Shown: in pieces, positions 1 through 13,168 of the stretch
Numbering within the stretch: the first letter of the stretch is position 1
How the letters are laid out: each line of letters starts with the position of its first letter
From: Tubiluchus corallicola
Lineage: Eukaryota; Animalia; Priapulida
Assembly (NCBI GenBank): GCA_030141605.1
Contig: JAQGDQ010000388.1
Coordinates: forward strand, 157,075 to 221,074
DNA length: 64,000 nucleotides
Direction of reading: 5' to 3'
Made by a program: the position numbers and the translations under genes
The notes under the pieces: model-generated
The model's database searches: none
What the model saw: only the letters and a program-made list of their open reading frames with translations
Told to the model about the DNA's origin: nothing

Positions 1-3000
1 TCCCGATGCTCCTTCGTCTTCTGCATCATGCTCCATGTGTTCATCTAAACAAAAATGCAAAACAGCTTTAATTAGCTGTGAAATAAAAGAAAAACATTCG
101 GTTTTTCTTTGTCTTCCTTTGAATGCAATTTAGACCAAATCTACTTTAAATTATCTATTGTTGTCTATTAATTTTCTATTTTTATGCATAATGTTTCTGC
201 CATAGGTAATAAAGTACAGTACCATAAACGTAATGGTATGGTGAATGACAAGAAATTGTATGAGTGCAGATCAGATTCATTTAAAATTGGGTTTTATTTG
301 GTTTCGAAATTTGATCACTTTGCAACTGACATGCAACTTCTCGTCGTGTAGGGTTGTGAACCCTGAACAGACAAAAGTGCAGATTAAATAAACTGAAAAA
401 AAATGGCACAAACATGCATATACAACTCAGCACCGAACATAACATATACTATATATTAATGTCGGTGTTATAGGACATTATATATATATGTATAAGATTC
501 AAGGCTACAGCTCCGAGAATGGTACCATTTTCAGCGATCTATATATCAAACAAATGGTCTCCATCCATGTCATTTTATTGATGGTATATTTTTCGAATTC
601 CGCCCAACGGGAGGAAAGGGAGCAAAAAATTTCCCAAAACCGCAAAACTTGTACACTATTTCTGGAGAGTAGGCAATTAATTGAAGCACATAATTACTAA
701 ATTTTGGTTCTTCTCAGTATTTGAACCGATCAGCACTAACTACTACCCAAGTTTAAATCGTACAAAGGATCTGCGTTACTAACATTATTTTGAACACGAT
801 TTTGCAGTTAATTCTGTAATTTAAGTTGCATCTTCCACCGTTTGATCTATGAAACTAATTACTAATGTTTTTGCTATCTTTACTCCAGATTTAATTTTCA
901 ATTTGAACCTCTAAAAACAGATCAGAGGCAGTTTTGAAAAAGCTATTAAAATTAAACGTATGAAACAAAGTTCTAGGTCTTGCATGAAAAGCAATATGTA
1001 CTTCCTGACAAAAAGATGACTTTCACCTGCATTTTCCTTATATGGATGCTGATCGTGCATTTGTGATTTACGCTGTTCCTCCTCGGACTCGCTACTTTCG
1101 TCCTGCAAAAATTGAACGGTGACACCAGTTTTGCTAAAATCTAGTGCAATAATGAAGGACAATAAAATCTACAACCTACAGTTTAGAATTATCGTGATAT
1201 GCAAGAAAGGATTCTGTACTTCTTGTATAGGATTTCACATCTATATTCAGAGCAGGACAAAAAGCTTGTACATGATTAGCAGCGTGTGCTTTTTATCACT
1301 ATCAAAGAGGAAGAAAATCCAATTAAAAAGTGTACGTAATTGGGAAAGAAAATTCTTACTACCTTATAAAGTTTCCTGCCACCTGTGTGCCACTTATTCA
1401 CTAAAAACACATTATTGAGTTTATTGACAAAATAAAGTAATTTATACTTTTGCGTACCTAGCAAAGAGTGTGCTAGGAATGCTCTGAATCAGAGTTATTT
1501 AAACTTGTTTCAATCAACTTATCATTAAAATGGCTGCGTTTAAAGGTCATCGCTCGAGTATTACACAGCGTTACTGTTAATGCAAGCTCTGTATGAAAAA
1601 GGACAGCATGTAGGTGATACAATATTTAAAGCCGAGTGTATTAAGCTTTATTTATTAAAGGAAGACCGGACGATTGTTTAGACTCAATGTCATTTTAATT
1701 TACTCTTCAAAATATACATTTTCTTGCCCATAAAAGTTAGCAATTGTTTCTTATATTTGAATAATTAACTTAGAAAGTTAATTAACGGAAACCGAACACA
1801 GCTATTGCTTACGTGAGAAACTAACCACAGTTTGGGCAATGGCAGGCGTCTTCCCTTGTGCGTCAAGCACATTTGCATAGGTGTTACAGTACTGTTTAAA
1901 CGCATGATGTCAAAAAAATGGGCTCTACATCATATGACGTCAGAAACTAACGCTGCAGTTCATGATCATGGTTCTATTTGTCGGCCACACGAATGTGACA
2001 AAAAGGCGCCACTGCCAATATTAGCAGATTCACTGAGCCGCGCGTAGCTTTGAAAGTTTAACGAAATTTGAGTATACGAGGTAATTTTTATTTAATCTAA
2101 GTCCATGTGCTGGAAAAAAAACAGCCATTGATTGACTTTGACACACAATGCTTTGCAATGCAGAAAACGAATTAAAGAAGATTGTATAGAAAGTTTAGAG
2201 AGCCTAAAACGCTTTATCATCAGTCACACAGTTTTGGATGACTACCCCTGATTCACACATCCGCAATGTCAGCATGCAGAACTATTATAACACTGCTTCT
2301 GCACAATTATGTCGTGCTCAGCAATACATATTTCTGGTAGTGCAAAATCTGCATCATTATGATGTGTGAATATCTGCATCTATGATGTGTGAACCATAGT
2401 AAGACGTGTGAAGCAACAGAAATTCACAACATCAAGTTCTAAATTACAAGATGACAGTTCCTAGAAATAATTTATCATCATGACATCATAGGCATCTAAT
2501 TATTACCCTTGCAAATTAAACGATTTTTGGTATAAGGAACATAGTTTTAGCTAACATGCCATAAACAATTCATCGAAAGGCCATGAGCATATAAAAAGAT
2601 TTTAACATAAATTAATAGGTAGCCTTTTGAATAAAAACAATTCCAAGTGATTCTGGGTGTTACAAGCAATGTAGAATAAATGCAGTAACTCTCGTATATT
2701 TTAAAATCTGCCTAGTTTGTTTTTTCACCATTTGTCAGAATTCCCAGAAGATTTTGATAAAAATTCTACCACAAACAGTACTATCATTAATTATGGTCTT
2801 TCGAATCTGCATGGTACAAGACTGAGGGTAAGACATTGTTGTGCAGCTGTTGCTTTACCATGAAAATCAATGTGTGATTACTTGCATATTAGTGTTAGAA
2901 ATTATGTAATACTTCATTTTGAGCTTCAGCTAAAGAAGATTTAGCAAGGCACTCTCTCGTGACAGTAGTAGATGGCATTTTGTTCATATCTGCCACAACT

Positions 3001-6000
3001 TCATTTTCCCTTCCTTGAGCACAGAGTGTGAAATAATGATTCAGCAATTCCGAGGTCTGCAAAAAATATTTTGGGTTTAAATGCATTAGAAGGTGCCACC
3101 ATTAAATCATTTAGTATTTAATTGTAAGCTTAGGTAAAATAGCATCACATACTGATTTGGTTCAAACACAAGCATTTAGTATCAACTATCAACCAAGTGC
3201 TGCTGAAGATTACCGTATTTTCCCATGTATAAGAGACCCTTGTGTATAAGAGACCCCTTCAATTTTTAGGCAAAAATTCTGGAAAAAAGTTTTTTGGTAA
3301 TGAATAACTTTATTCATCATAGAAATCATTAAATTCCTCATCACTCTCATCAAAAATATCAACTGGAGTCAGACCTTTTAGTTTGAAATTTGCAGGATAA
3401 GAAGCACGTTTTTTAATTTCGGGCATTGCTTACAATAGCTTCATAGTCGAACGCGACACGCCTTCCTTAGGCTGACTCATCTCGTTGACCTCTGCCGACG
3501 TATCAATGATGTCGACGGGCATGCAGAGAGCTTATGCAGATGCGTTGATTGGCTGCAGAACAATCGATTTCTCTCCAATACCAAAGAGACATTTAAAAAA
3601 ATAATAACTTACCCGGTACATTAATTTTATCATTAGAATTTAGCCATGGAGAAGATTTATTGAAAGGAAACTATAATTATTCGAAATAAAACAGTTGTAG
3701 AGCACTTATTTCTTTAAAATCATTAGTGTAAAATGCATCTTATTGAAAAGACTTACTCCCATGTATAAGAGACCCCCTATTTTTAAAGTGAAAATTCTGA
3801 TCAAAAAAGGGTCTCTTATACACGGGAAAATACGGTACATGCCTCCATATCTTTAATTTTTGCCCATAATACAGCTTTATTTTAAGGCTGACAAACTGTG
3901 CAAAAAAGCAACCGCGAACAAGAAAACAAGTCCAGATGATGAGGAAACATAGTTCACCTGATATAAAGTGCCATCTTCTATCACAGTGTCAAACTCATTG
4001 TTGAGAATTTCTGCTATAAAATATTCCACTTCATGTGGTTCCAGATTATCTGAAAATAAATATTGTATTATGCAGCAGGCAACAAAGCACGCACAATCTT
4101 GATCATATGTTTCCATACACGATGCATGTCATGAACGTGGAACTTTTCTTGGAAACTGGTATTAAAGCTGACGCACAAGAAGGCAGCTGGTAGACTAATT
4201 TCCTACAAAGAAAGCCATCATTTCCCAACAAAAAACCTGATTCAACACATTTAACTACATCATTAAAAATATGCCAGAAACAAAAATATTCCCAAACAAA
4301 CAAAACAATACATAAATCAATATCTCCACAACCTTAGGTACAGTAGTGTAATACTGATCACATCTCGTTGATAATAAACGTGTGATCAACAGCACCCAGT
4401 CAATAAGTCGTGACCATTAACACTACAAGATTAGTTGAAACACCAAGTACTTTTAGAAACTAAAAGTGTACATTATGTAGGAATTGAGGCGTAACTTGGA
4501 AGTTACATAAATACGTAAATAATATTAATATTATGCTACCGTTTTCCTGAAAAAAATGGTACACTGCATCGATCATCCATACTGCTTTGTCCTTGCTGTA
4601 AACTCCACCAAATCCTTGCTCCACTGCCATCTGGAAAGGATTCACAAATTTTTGTATGCAAATTGTATACATGCATGGAGAAACAAAATTGAGTGTCCAA
4701 CAATTCGTGGTAAAATTGACCACTTGGCACAAATTATGAGAAGTGAGGCTGGAATAAAACTTTTAATGAGCAAATCTCTTAGTAAATATTTGGTATCAAT
4801 TTTACTATTGTTCAAAACTGATATAACTATATCACATATATATTGTATATATATATATATAATATATTGGTCCATACATGATACACAATTTCAAGACAAA
4901 TCTTTTAGTCTTGAAATTATTTAAATAAAGGGTTTTCTTGTCCTTTAAGTACCTAGTCCTAGACAATTCTCCTGTATTAAGGTAACAAGAGCAGTTTCAT
5001 TCTACAACACTCATTAATTAGGCCTAATCACTTCACCACCACGTGTGTGTGCAAAGGTGTACCGTAGATTTTATTTCCTTCATGAGCTTTTGTTTATGTA
5101 GATATACATTCACAAAAAGAAAAACACAGGTTTTGACCCAAATTAAAAATTCAAGATGGCCACCTTGACCATTTTATGATGAATCATTTAGAATTTATAA
5201 TACTGAACATATTTATGCTATGGAAACAACAAAATAAAATTTAAGTTGTTATGGATAAGAAAAATATACTTCTAGTATATTCAAAATGGCTGCCAAACAA
5301 CTTTATTAACTAGGTTACTACATTATAACATTTTATAACACTTATAATATGCATCTCATAATTTCACCTCAACACAAAATCATAATTTCACATAAGCAAA
5401 AAGCTACAGGCCCAAAAGAGGCCTACTAACAGTTTCGACTTATATAGGACTAAAACAAAAATATATTGATTCTGATAAAATCTTCTTAGAAGTAAAACCT
5501 AAACGTATGCGTGCAAAGATCCTATACAAGCCCAAAGATCGTGTAAACCCTTGTACAAGAACAACAATGCCTCTATAAATTGCTTTCTTTATAGCTACAA
5601 ATCTCAAAACCTACTTTCGAGAACACTTAGAAATATAGGCATATAGCTTGAGAAAGGTGAGAGCACGTGCATATGCAGCAAAACCCCGAAGTGGTCTTGC
5701 CATTGACAGCTGAGTACTGGGGATACTGGTCTGCAGAGTACTCACTATATGAAAATTAATTTTGTGTCTATGTATTATCAGTAATTTCGCTGGCATGTCA
5801 GATAACTGCTTAAGGCAAGCTGAATTGAGTGATTTGAATGATGTACAAACAGACTCGTCCAACTACTACTGATAAGTTTTTAGGAGTCTCGTTACTTTGC
5901 AACTCTGCGTGATTGAGTGACTGATTATATTTTGGTGTAAAATTTAAAATGTTATACGATAAGCCTACAGTAATTAAAAGACAATTTCATGTACTAGCAC

Positions 6001-6538
6001 GAATAGCAGTAACAGACAATACAACATTACCGACCTGTACGTTTCATTATTGACAAGTTATAATAGTCATAAGCAGTTGCAAAAACAGCCACAGCAACTA
6101 TAATGAAGGTACCTTCAATATAAATAACCATGATGATGGAATCTGACCAAATCACTGTTAAGTGTTATAACAATACTGCCTAAACAGTTAGTAGGTAAGA
6201 ATAACAATTAGTATTGGAGTACCTCAGATATCACATTATTAGCTATTTACAAAAATGATAAAATTCTGCATCAACTAAGCATTATTATTACGACCCATCA
6301 TACTTCACTAGTACTAGTAAGTGGTAGTACATAAGTGTTAAGTAAATAAAATAAGAACAGAAAAGATAGCCAATCACGATAGCAAGATAAAATTAATATA
6401 ACAACATGCAGACACTGCACAAACACGGTGCAGAACATATTCGTTCAATAAAAGTATTTGTACCTGTAAGGCAGGCCAACAATCGAAGACTTTTTCGATA
6501 GCATCGTGAAATACTCGACTAGAACTGGTGGCTGCCAT
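1..6538 (-). CDS. TSR2: Pre-rRNA-processing protein TSR2 homolog; exons 6464-6538, 4540-4630, 3958-4049, 2913-3056, 1027-1102, <1-44 (3' end outside window)
   Basis: The spliced translation MAATSSSRVFHDAIEKVFDCWPALQ|MAVEQGFGGVYSKDKAVWMIDAVYHFFQEN|DNLEPHEVEYFIAEILNNEFDTVIEDGTLYQ|TSELLNHYFTLCAQGRENEVV...|DESSESEEE...|DEHMEHDAEDEGASG carries TSR2/WGG-domain motifs (WPALQ.AVE.GFGG, NEFDTVIEDG) and an acidic tail. All introns are GT-AG and phases match (0,1,0,0,1). Confidence 0.95.
3213..3835. mobile_element. Non-autonomous Tc1/mariner-superfamily (Tc2/pogo-like) MITE in a TSR2 intron
   Basis: TIRs CCGTATTTTCCC(A/G)TGTATAAGAGACCC at both ends, TA on both flanks (3211-3212, 3836-3837), subterminal repeats of TGTATAAGAGACCC. 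Confidence 0.85.
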
Positions 6539-7028
6539 ATTGTGCAACAAAAACAATATGGGACAACTTATTTGTCGTGTAAAGTCTCTGCACTCTCTAA
6601 TCTCTATCACTTTGTCATTGATAGCTTCTGGTTTCTGTAAACTGGCCTGTTTCACTCATTTATTTTTATTTTAATTATAAATTACAAAAATAATCATTGT
6701 TATAAAAATGGTTTCCATGCATTTAGACATAAATACATGATTTCTCGCTTTGTAAACGATGAATAATGGACACTGCAATTCCGATTAACTTGCTATAGTG
6801 ATTAGTAAGGTTGTAGACGTCAGACCTGATATAAATTAAATTAAAATAAAAACATAAAATGACGATCCACAAACAAATACTGACTCATTGACTACTGACT
6901 AACTGGCTCACTGACTGGCTTTGACCATCAGAAAACAATGAGCTACACCAAGTCATCGTAACTATACTACTACAGCGCATTTATTACACAAGCTGCGCGT
7001 TTTGGCTGTTCTACAACCTTTGTTGCTG

Positions 7029-7515
7029 TATTGGACATAAGCACATGATGCCTCCTTGTGTTTGTTTTGTTTTTTGCAAAATTCGGCTATTGATCGACAG
7101 ATGTGCTAGGACAGGAACTAGTCCATTAGCCTCATTTTGGAGACAGGATAGGAAGGAAGTCATTTTTGTTCAGTACTTCATGTCGTTTTATAACAACATG
7201 TCAGTCGAGTTCTCTTTAGCAAGTTAGTAAGATGCAGCAAAGATGTAAGTTTGATTTCTTCGTTTTTCGTCATATTACTACTCATTTTCATTATTACAAT
7301 TAATTAATTTTTTGACATTGGATTATCAAAAACTGTTTTAATTTGCTTCAGATAAAACGAGGTCAAGCCGCACATAATATGTCAGTCAGTCAGTCAAGTA
7401 TGTCATGATATGATAGTGATTCTGGAATATGACGATGATTATTTTGGACAATAAAAAATCATGAATTACGTCTAAAAGACTGTTGGACTTGAATTTAGTG
7501 CATGTCGTGCACAGT
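7029..7515. repeat. Dispersed ~480-bp repeat; second copy at ~26310-26790
   Basis: Co-linear similarity from tgga..aagcac..tgcctccttgtgtttg through ctctttagcaagttagtaagatgc to aaaagactgttggacttg in both places. Confidence 0.8.
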
Positions 7516-7628
7516 TGCACAGTAATAATAGCCGGGTGCTAGTTCTAGTAGTCAAGTCTTATGTCAAGATAAATCTTTTATCATTTCGTTGGATACATAA
7601 ATTTGCCTTTAAATGTCACCAACGTGAC

Positions 7629-8569
7629 TGTAACGTGCCGAGGGTTATTTGGTTTAAAACAAAATAACTACTGCCACTATTGTAACGTTTTGTAACCTAT
7701 AACGCTATTACATTCCTAATTTTTATATAACGATCAGGAAAATATACCACATGTATTTTCACGGGTTCGTCTGCTGTTTTTTTAAGGCTGTTTAGTTAAA
7801 AACAAAACAAGATGAAACAAATTTTAAAGCTATAATTATTACAAAAGAAGAGTATAACAACAAGTCAACAATAAGAGCTCAAAAATTACTATTAGTGGCT
7901 TGCTGTGAAAACCCCCAAGGAAAGATGAGGATAGGAAAATGAATGCGCATAACTTATCTGAATGTTCATGACGATGTTGTGCACAACTTGACGATCGTCC
8001 CACAATGACAACGCTGACGCCGGCAATATGACAATCCTCCATGAGCCATAACAATGCAGATGACGACAGCTAATCCACAGCATCCAGCAACCCTCTTGTA
8101 GTCTACAACACGAACGTACCAACAGCTGACTGGAATGGAATAACATCACACTTCTGTGGCTTGACCAGCTCTTCAAACCATGCAACAGCAACGAGACTGA
8201 GAAAGACAGGCTATACAACAGGAACACTGTCCTTTTGGCCAAAACAACACTTAGCTCAGCTCTCCATGGTAAAGAAGTTACATCACAGATCGTGTACCAG
8301 CCTTTCCAGACGAATACGTTAACTACAGGTATACTGGAACATGCCCACTGGTCAGACCAACAACTAAAGTCTGTACCAGTGAAAAATATCAACTCAACTG
8401 TCCAGAACAGGTATTTCTTTTTCTGCATAAGCAAACGAAGCACTCCAACAGGTAAGTACAAACCATTTTAACTGACAGGGGTGAGGAGATGATGAAATTG
8501 AAAGAACACATACAGCAATGCAAGCCAAGCAAGCCATTTACTATCAAAATTAGCAACATGCACCTCACA
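7629..8569 (-). repeat. 3' LTR
   Basis: TG...CA termini (tgtaacg...cctcaca on +); about 22 differences from 14078-15016 by eye; preceded on the minus strand by a polypurine tract. Confidence 0.93.
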
Positions 8570-8571
8570 AT

Positions 8572-8581
8572 ACCCCCCTCC
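8572..8581 (-). promoter_or_regulatory. Polypurine tract (PPT)
   Basis: Minus strand reads GGAGGGGGGT immediately before the TG of the 3' LTR. Confidence 0.85.
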
Positions 8582-9099
8582 AAGTAAACTCGGATATCTG
8601 AAATTTTCAAATGAAGTTCCGAGTACAATAGATCATTTAGCAAACAATACACACAAAAAACATTATCAAAATGACACAATAACATAATTAGCAAAATGTC
8701 ACAATCAAAATGATCAACAAAATATCATAATAATCAACACGTTTAGCGAACTTGCATAAAAATATGCAGCTCATTGATCATATACAACATGTTAAGCAAT
8801 ACTACTAAAAGAACAAACCAGCACAGTTAGCAAAAACAATCTAAAAGGAAGAGAATTCGGCCGTTAACTCATCAACCTTTCAATCCATCCTGGGAAAACC
8901 AAAGCAGGCCTAACAAAATAATTATGCAAAAACAACAATAGAGCACAAATGGCAAAATGATCATACACTGTGCATAAATAATATTTGATTCAAAACATAC
9001 AAATCAACATTAGCCAAAAAATTAAGCAAATCTCTGAGGGAAATACTATGCATTCATTAACGCTTTTTAGAAAAGGTTTTCCTTTAACTTAGGAAATCT

Positions 9100-9561
9100 T
9101 TAGAACCTGGAGAGCGCATCAGCTACTCTGTTATCAGTACCTTTAACAGATTCAACTCTGTAGCTATATTCGCTCAAAATAAGGCTCCATCTACATAACC
9201 TACGATTATTTCTTTTGATTTTTGGCAAAGCCAATAGAGAACGCTGATCCGTTCTCAATACAAAAGTAACTGCTTCAAGATAAAATTTCAATTTTTCGAT
9301 ACAAAAAATTATTGCAAGCAGCTCTATTTCAACTGCGCTGTAGTTGCGCTCAGCAGGAGTCAGTTTACGACTGACATACATGATTGGGACTTCTCCTAAG
9401 TCACCCTGAATCTGGGATAGTACACCCCCAAGGCCAATCAGACTTGCATCTGTGGTTAGTATGAATTCTAGGGAAAAGTCTGGAGAGTGAAGTACAGAGT
9501 CAGATGTTATAGCATCACGTAAAGCAACAAAACTCTCCTCACACGCATCATCCCATTCGAC
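9100..9561 (-). pseudogene. Orphaned RT connection/RNase H segment of pol
   Basis: Open frame VEWDDACEESFVALRDAITSDSVLHSPDFSLEFILTTDASLIGLGGVLSQ...YVSRKLTPAERNYSAVEIELLAI...RTDQRSL...NRVADALSRF*, typical of Ty3/gypsy RNase H. It is in a different frame from the long ORF and has a TAA directly upstream. Confidence 0.9.
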
Positions 9562-12500
9562 TTACTGTACGCACCTCTTCTAAAGACTGTGTAGCCACAG
9601 CTAAGGGGGGAAAAGCATAATCAGGAAGTTGTCCAACCTCAGAAGGACTGAGTTCCCTATCATACACAAGAACTTCATTGTTATCAGGGTTACTGCCTAC
9701 ACACACATCACAAATGTCATCATCATCAGTGACAGCAGAACTAAAACAACATTGACTAACACGACCATTATAGAGAATTAACTGCTCCTCACGATCATGG
9801 TAAGGTTTCAACAAGTTAATATGGAATGATCGAATTTTTCTCTTTCTGCCTGTTCCACCCATATCAATTTTGTAGTTCACATCTGATATCTTATCGGTTA
9901 CAACATAGGGACCTCTATGACCACGATTAAGTTTACCAGGTTTTGCTGGTTTAAGAAGCATGACTTTCTGGCCAACCTCTAGAGTTCGTGCACTAGCCAT
10001 ATTATTAAACCATTTCTCTTGAGCTATTTTAGCATCATGTAAGGCAGAATGGGCATTATCTGTTGCCTCTTGAATTGAGTTTATAATTTTACTAACGTAT
10101 TCATCAATTGATTCAGTATTGGCAGGAAGTGCAAATCCCTGTGTTTCTCTGTAAGCAGCAAGGGGACCACGTACTTTGAATCCAAAAACAAGCTCATTTG
10201 GTGAATAACCAAGACTTTCTTGCACAACTTCTCTATATGCAAACAACAGCATTGGAATCATTTCATCCCAAGGAATAGGGTGCTTTTCATGCAAGAGTTT
10301 CAAGATTGAATGTTTCAAAGTTTGATTATAACGCTCTACCAAACCATTAGCTTGAGCATGATATGGGCTGGTTGTAATACCTTTGACACCAAGTGTTTTT
10401 TCCAGATCTCTAAGCATCTGGGATGTAAACTGGGTACCTTTGTCAGTAATAATCTGTCTTGGGATACCATACCGACTGATGAACTGAAGTAAAGCTTTTA
10501 CAACTGTGGTCGTTTCAATATTAGAAAGAGGATAGCAATCCGGATACCTTGTAGCATGGTCAACAATTACTAATGCGTACCGATTGCCACTAGGTGTCCG
10601 AGAAGTGCCTAAGGGTCCAATAAGGTCCATACCAATAGTGTGAAATGGAACTGAAGGGATTGGAAGGGGTCTTAATCTAGCACGTTCAGAAGTTTTTACA
10701 CGTGAAGACTTTTGACAAGGAAGGCAAGTTTTGCAGTATTGCTGCACAGTGCGCTTCAGGTGAGGCCAGGTATATTCTGCCAAAATTCGGTGTAAAGTTT
10801 TCTTTACTCCCATGTGACCAGCTAATGGATTATCATGGGCCAAGTGCAAAATTTCACGACGTCTACATTTAGGTACTACCAATAACTCATGTGGTGTATC
10901 ACCACGTCGCTCACGACCCAAGTAAAATAGCACATCGTCACGTATGTAATACCCTTTACCAACAGCTTGTGCCTCAGCTTCCGTACCAGCACGATCACGG
11001 ATATTACGTAAAGATATATCGTCCTTTTGTTCCTGTATGAGTTTTTGCCTATTAGATTCTAGAAGCTTCTGATAATCCAAAGTGTTTTTTTCTACTTGAT
11101 GAGAATGGGGTGCAGCATCCATTTGGAGTTTATCTTCAAGCTCCCTTTCACGCCTTGTTTCAGCTTCTATGCGTGCTATTTGAGACCTTGTTGCAACATA
11201 GGTAGGCTGTGGATTTCGGCCCATGGAAACAGACTGCCCAGGATCTGACTCGGATACAGATTGATCACAGAGTAGAGCATCAGGCAATTTATTTGAAGAA
11301 CTAGGAAAAGGTTCATAAGCTGTTTCGATATCATTACCAAGAAGCAAGAATGGGATCGGGGCAGTGTTAGAAATGCACACAGTTAACCAACCAGAAATAC
11401 GGTCACTCTCTACAACTACTTTGGCAAGTTGGTAGCTTTTAACATCACCATGTATGCATCGTATTTTAGCGGAAGTGCCTGGTATTGTTTGTCTTGGATG
11501 AACAAACTTAGAATGCAAAATGGACATATGTGCACCACTGTCTCTTTGGCATGTAAGGTCATAACCATTGACACGAACAGGGAAACAAAATGGTTTAGTA
11601 TGTGCAGGTATTTTGTTATCATCATTTACACATTGATCAGAGGAGCTAATGGAATCAGTATTCTCTCTTATACCCACATATTGGCGAGCTGCTCTATCAG
11701 GTTGTTTCTCTAATGTAGGTTTGTTTTTAGAATAATTTTTATTCTGAAGAGGCTCACTCCTACTCTGAGGAAACTTTGCTTGAGCACAGTCAGCCCTTCT
11801 ATGGCCCCAAAGGCCACAAGTAAAACAACGAATATTACTGTCGGAACCTTTAATAAAAGTATTTGTATTTTGTTTATTGTCACCATTTTTCTCTTGAAAT
11901 TGCAAGCCTTTGGCTCTATACTGGTTTCTGAAAGAAAATATCTTGTTACTCCTAGCTGCCAAATAACGGTCAGCACATTCAGCCATATGTTCATAGCTGC
12001 CCTGTTCAATAGTACGCAAATGAATGGACATTTCCGGGGGCATAGAATTAAAAATCTGTTCAAGAGCAATCTGTTGGACAACCAACTTGAGAGTGTTTGC
12101 TCCAACAGCATTGAGCCAGTCATGAGCACATTTTTCCACTCTCACAAAGAACTGCCTGTAAGTTTCATCAGGTTGGCGTTTTAAAGTACGGAATCTTTCT
12201 CGGTAAGTGTCACTACTTAAAACATAAGTGTCAATCAAGGCTTTCTTAACAAAACCATAGTTTCGCATTTCAGACACTGGACATTGCTGATAACATATTG
12301 CAGCACGACCTGATAAACTCGGTGCTAGGTTTGCCATATAATCAGTTTCATTAATACCATTGCTTATCATAGCTGCTTCAAAATACTCGAGATAAGAATG
12401 GATCGAATCTTTTGCTTCAGAAAAATTCCGAATCTTTACACGAGGGAGTCTGGAGGACTGTGCACTATCAAGTGCATTAGTGGAAGTAGCAGAAGGACCA

Positions 12501-13168
12501 AGAGCTGCCGACTGGTGGCGTGCTCTTTCACAGTTCAATTGTGCCACAGCGATCCTTTCTTGTGCCTGCAACAGCTGAATCATAACATCTTTTCTGTCTT
12601 TTTCTGGTACCATAGAAACCTCTTTTAAAGTTGGTAACTGAATGGGCGATTGACCTGTTGAGGACAGTTCTTGGTGTTTGGAAACACCCTGTACATTTTC
12701 ATGTGATGTGGTCTGGACGAAAGAAGGACCTAGCCCGCCAGCAACATTTGACAACAACGCTGCTGGGTTAGAAAATTGTGAAGTTGGTAGAAGCCATGGC
12801 TGTTCAAAGCCAGAGCCCTCAACTTGTTGAGTGACACCCTCCATATCATTAGTGTTAACAGTTAAACCTTCTGGTTTCAACACCTTACTGCGAACTGATT
12901 GCTCCGACACAACAGTAGATTCATCTTTACTCTCTGTTGTAACTTGTTCATCAACATTTAAAGTTTGGCCAATAGCTGCATTGTTAGGTAAAGCATCACC
13001 ATTATTCATATTCTCTGTGGTTTGATGTCCTAAAACTCTATGTATCATGTCATCTTTTAATGTGGAAGTTGGAACTTTGTCCCCATATTCCTTTAATATT
13101 TCTTGTAATTCAGATTTTGTAAAACTAGACAATTCTTCTAATGTGTATTGTTTGATTTTCCCTGACAT
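9548..13168 (-). CDS. Gag (SCAN-like capsid, CCHC knuckle)-aspartic protease-integrase polyprotein, 1206 aa
   Basis: SCAN-like YRERFR...WL...IALEQ block; zinc knuckle CFTCGLWGHRRADC; protease RDSGA; integrase HHCC (HDNPLAGH...CKTCLPC), D-D-E (MDLIGP, TDKGTQF, GLVERYN) and GPY motif. No YxDD RT motifs. Confidence 0.93.
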   Translation of the reverse strand: MSGKIKQYTLEELSSFTKSELQEILKEYGDKVPTSTLKDDMIHRVLGHQTTENMNNGDALPNNAAIGQTLNVDEQVTTESKDESTVVSEQSVRSKVLKPEGLTVNTNDMEGVTQQVEGSGFEQPWLLPTSQFSNPAALLSNVAGGLGPSFVQTTSHENVQGVSKHQELSSTGQSPIQLPTLKEVSMVPEKDRKDVMIQLLQAQERIAVAQLNCERARHQSAALGPSATSTNALDSAQSSRLPRVKIRNFSEAKDSIHSYLEYFEAAMISNGINETDYMANLAPSLSGRAAICYQQCPVSEMRNYGFVKKALIDTYVLSSDTYRERFRTLKRQPDETYRQFFVRVEKCAHDWLNAVGANTLKLVVQQIALEQIFNSMPPEMSIHLRTIEQGSYEHMAECADRYLAARSNKIFSFRNQYRAKGLQFQEKNGDNKQNTNTFIKGSDSNIRCFTCGLWGHRRADCAQAKFPQSRSEPLQNKNYSKNKPTLEKQPDRAARQYVGIRENTDSISSSDQCVNDDNKIPAHTKPFCFPVRVNGYDLTCQRDSGAHMSILHSKFVHPRQTIPGTSAKIRCIHGDVKSYQLAKVVVESDRISGWLTVCISNTAPIPFLLLGNDIETAYEPFPSSSNKLPDALLCDQSVSESDPGQSVSMGRNPQPTYVATRSQIARIEAETRRERELEDKLQMDAAPHSHQVEKNTLDYQKLLESNRQKLIQEQKDDISLRNIRDRAGTEAEAQAVGKGYYIRDDVLFYLGRERRGDTPHELLVVPKCRRREILHLAHDNPLAGHMGVKKTLHRILAEYTWPHLKRTVQQYCKTCLPCQKSSRVKTSERARLRPLPIPSVPFHTIGMDLIGPLGTSRTPSGNRYALVIVDHATRYPDCYPLSNIETTTVVKALLQFISRYGIPRQIITDKGTQFTSQMLRDLEKTLGVKGITTSPYHAQANGLVERYNQTLKHSILKLLHEKHPIPWDEMIPMLLFAYREVVQESLGYSPNELVFGFKVRGPLAAYRETQGFALPANTESIDEYVSKIINSIQEATDNAHSALHDAKIAQEKWFNNMASARTLEVGQKVMLLKPAKPGKLNRGHRGPYVVTDKISDVNYKIDMGGTGRKRKIRSFHINLLKPYHDREEQLILYNGRVSQCCFSSAVTDDDDICDVCVGSNPDNNEVLVYDRELSPSEVGQLPDYAFPPLAVATQSLEEVRTVSRMG

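Noticed and set aside
7839-8471. ORFs inside the LTRs (env-like or accessory gene)
   Set aside because: Frames are not preserved between the two LTR copies and no motif is recognisable.
9548-9570. Programmed frameshift joining integrase to RNase H
   Set aside because: No slippery heptamer is evident; the frame change coincides with the missing RT and is better explained as a deletion scar.
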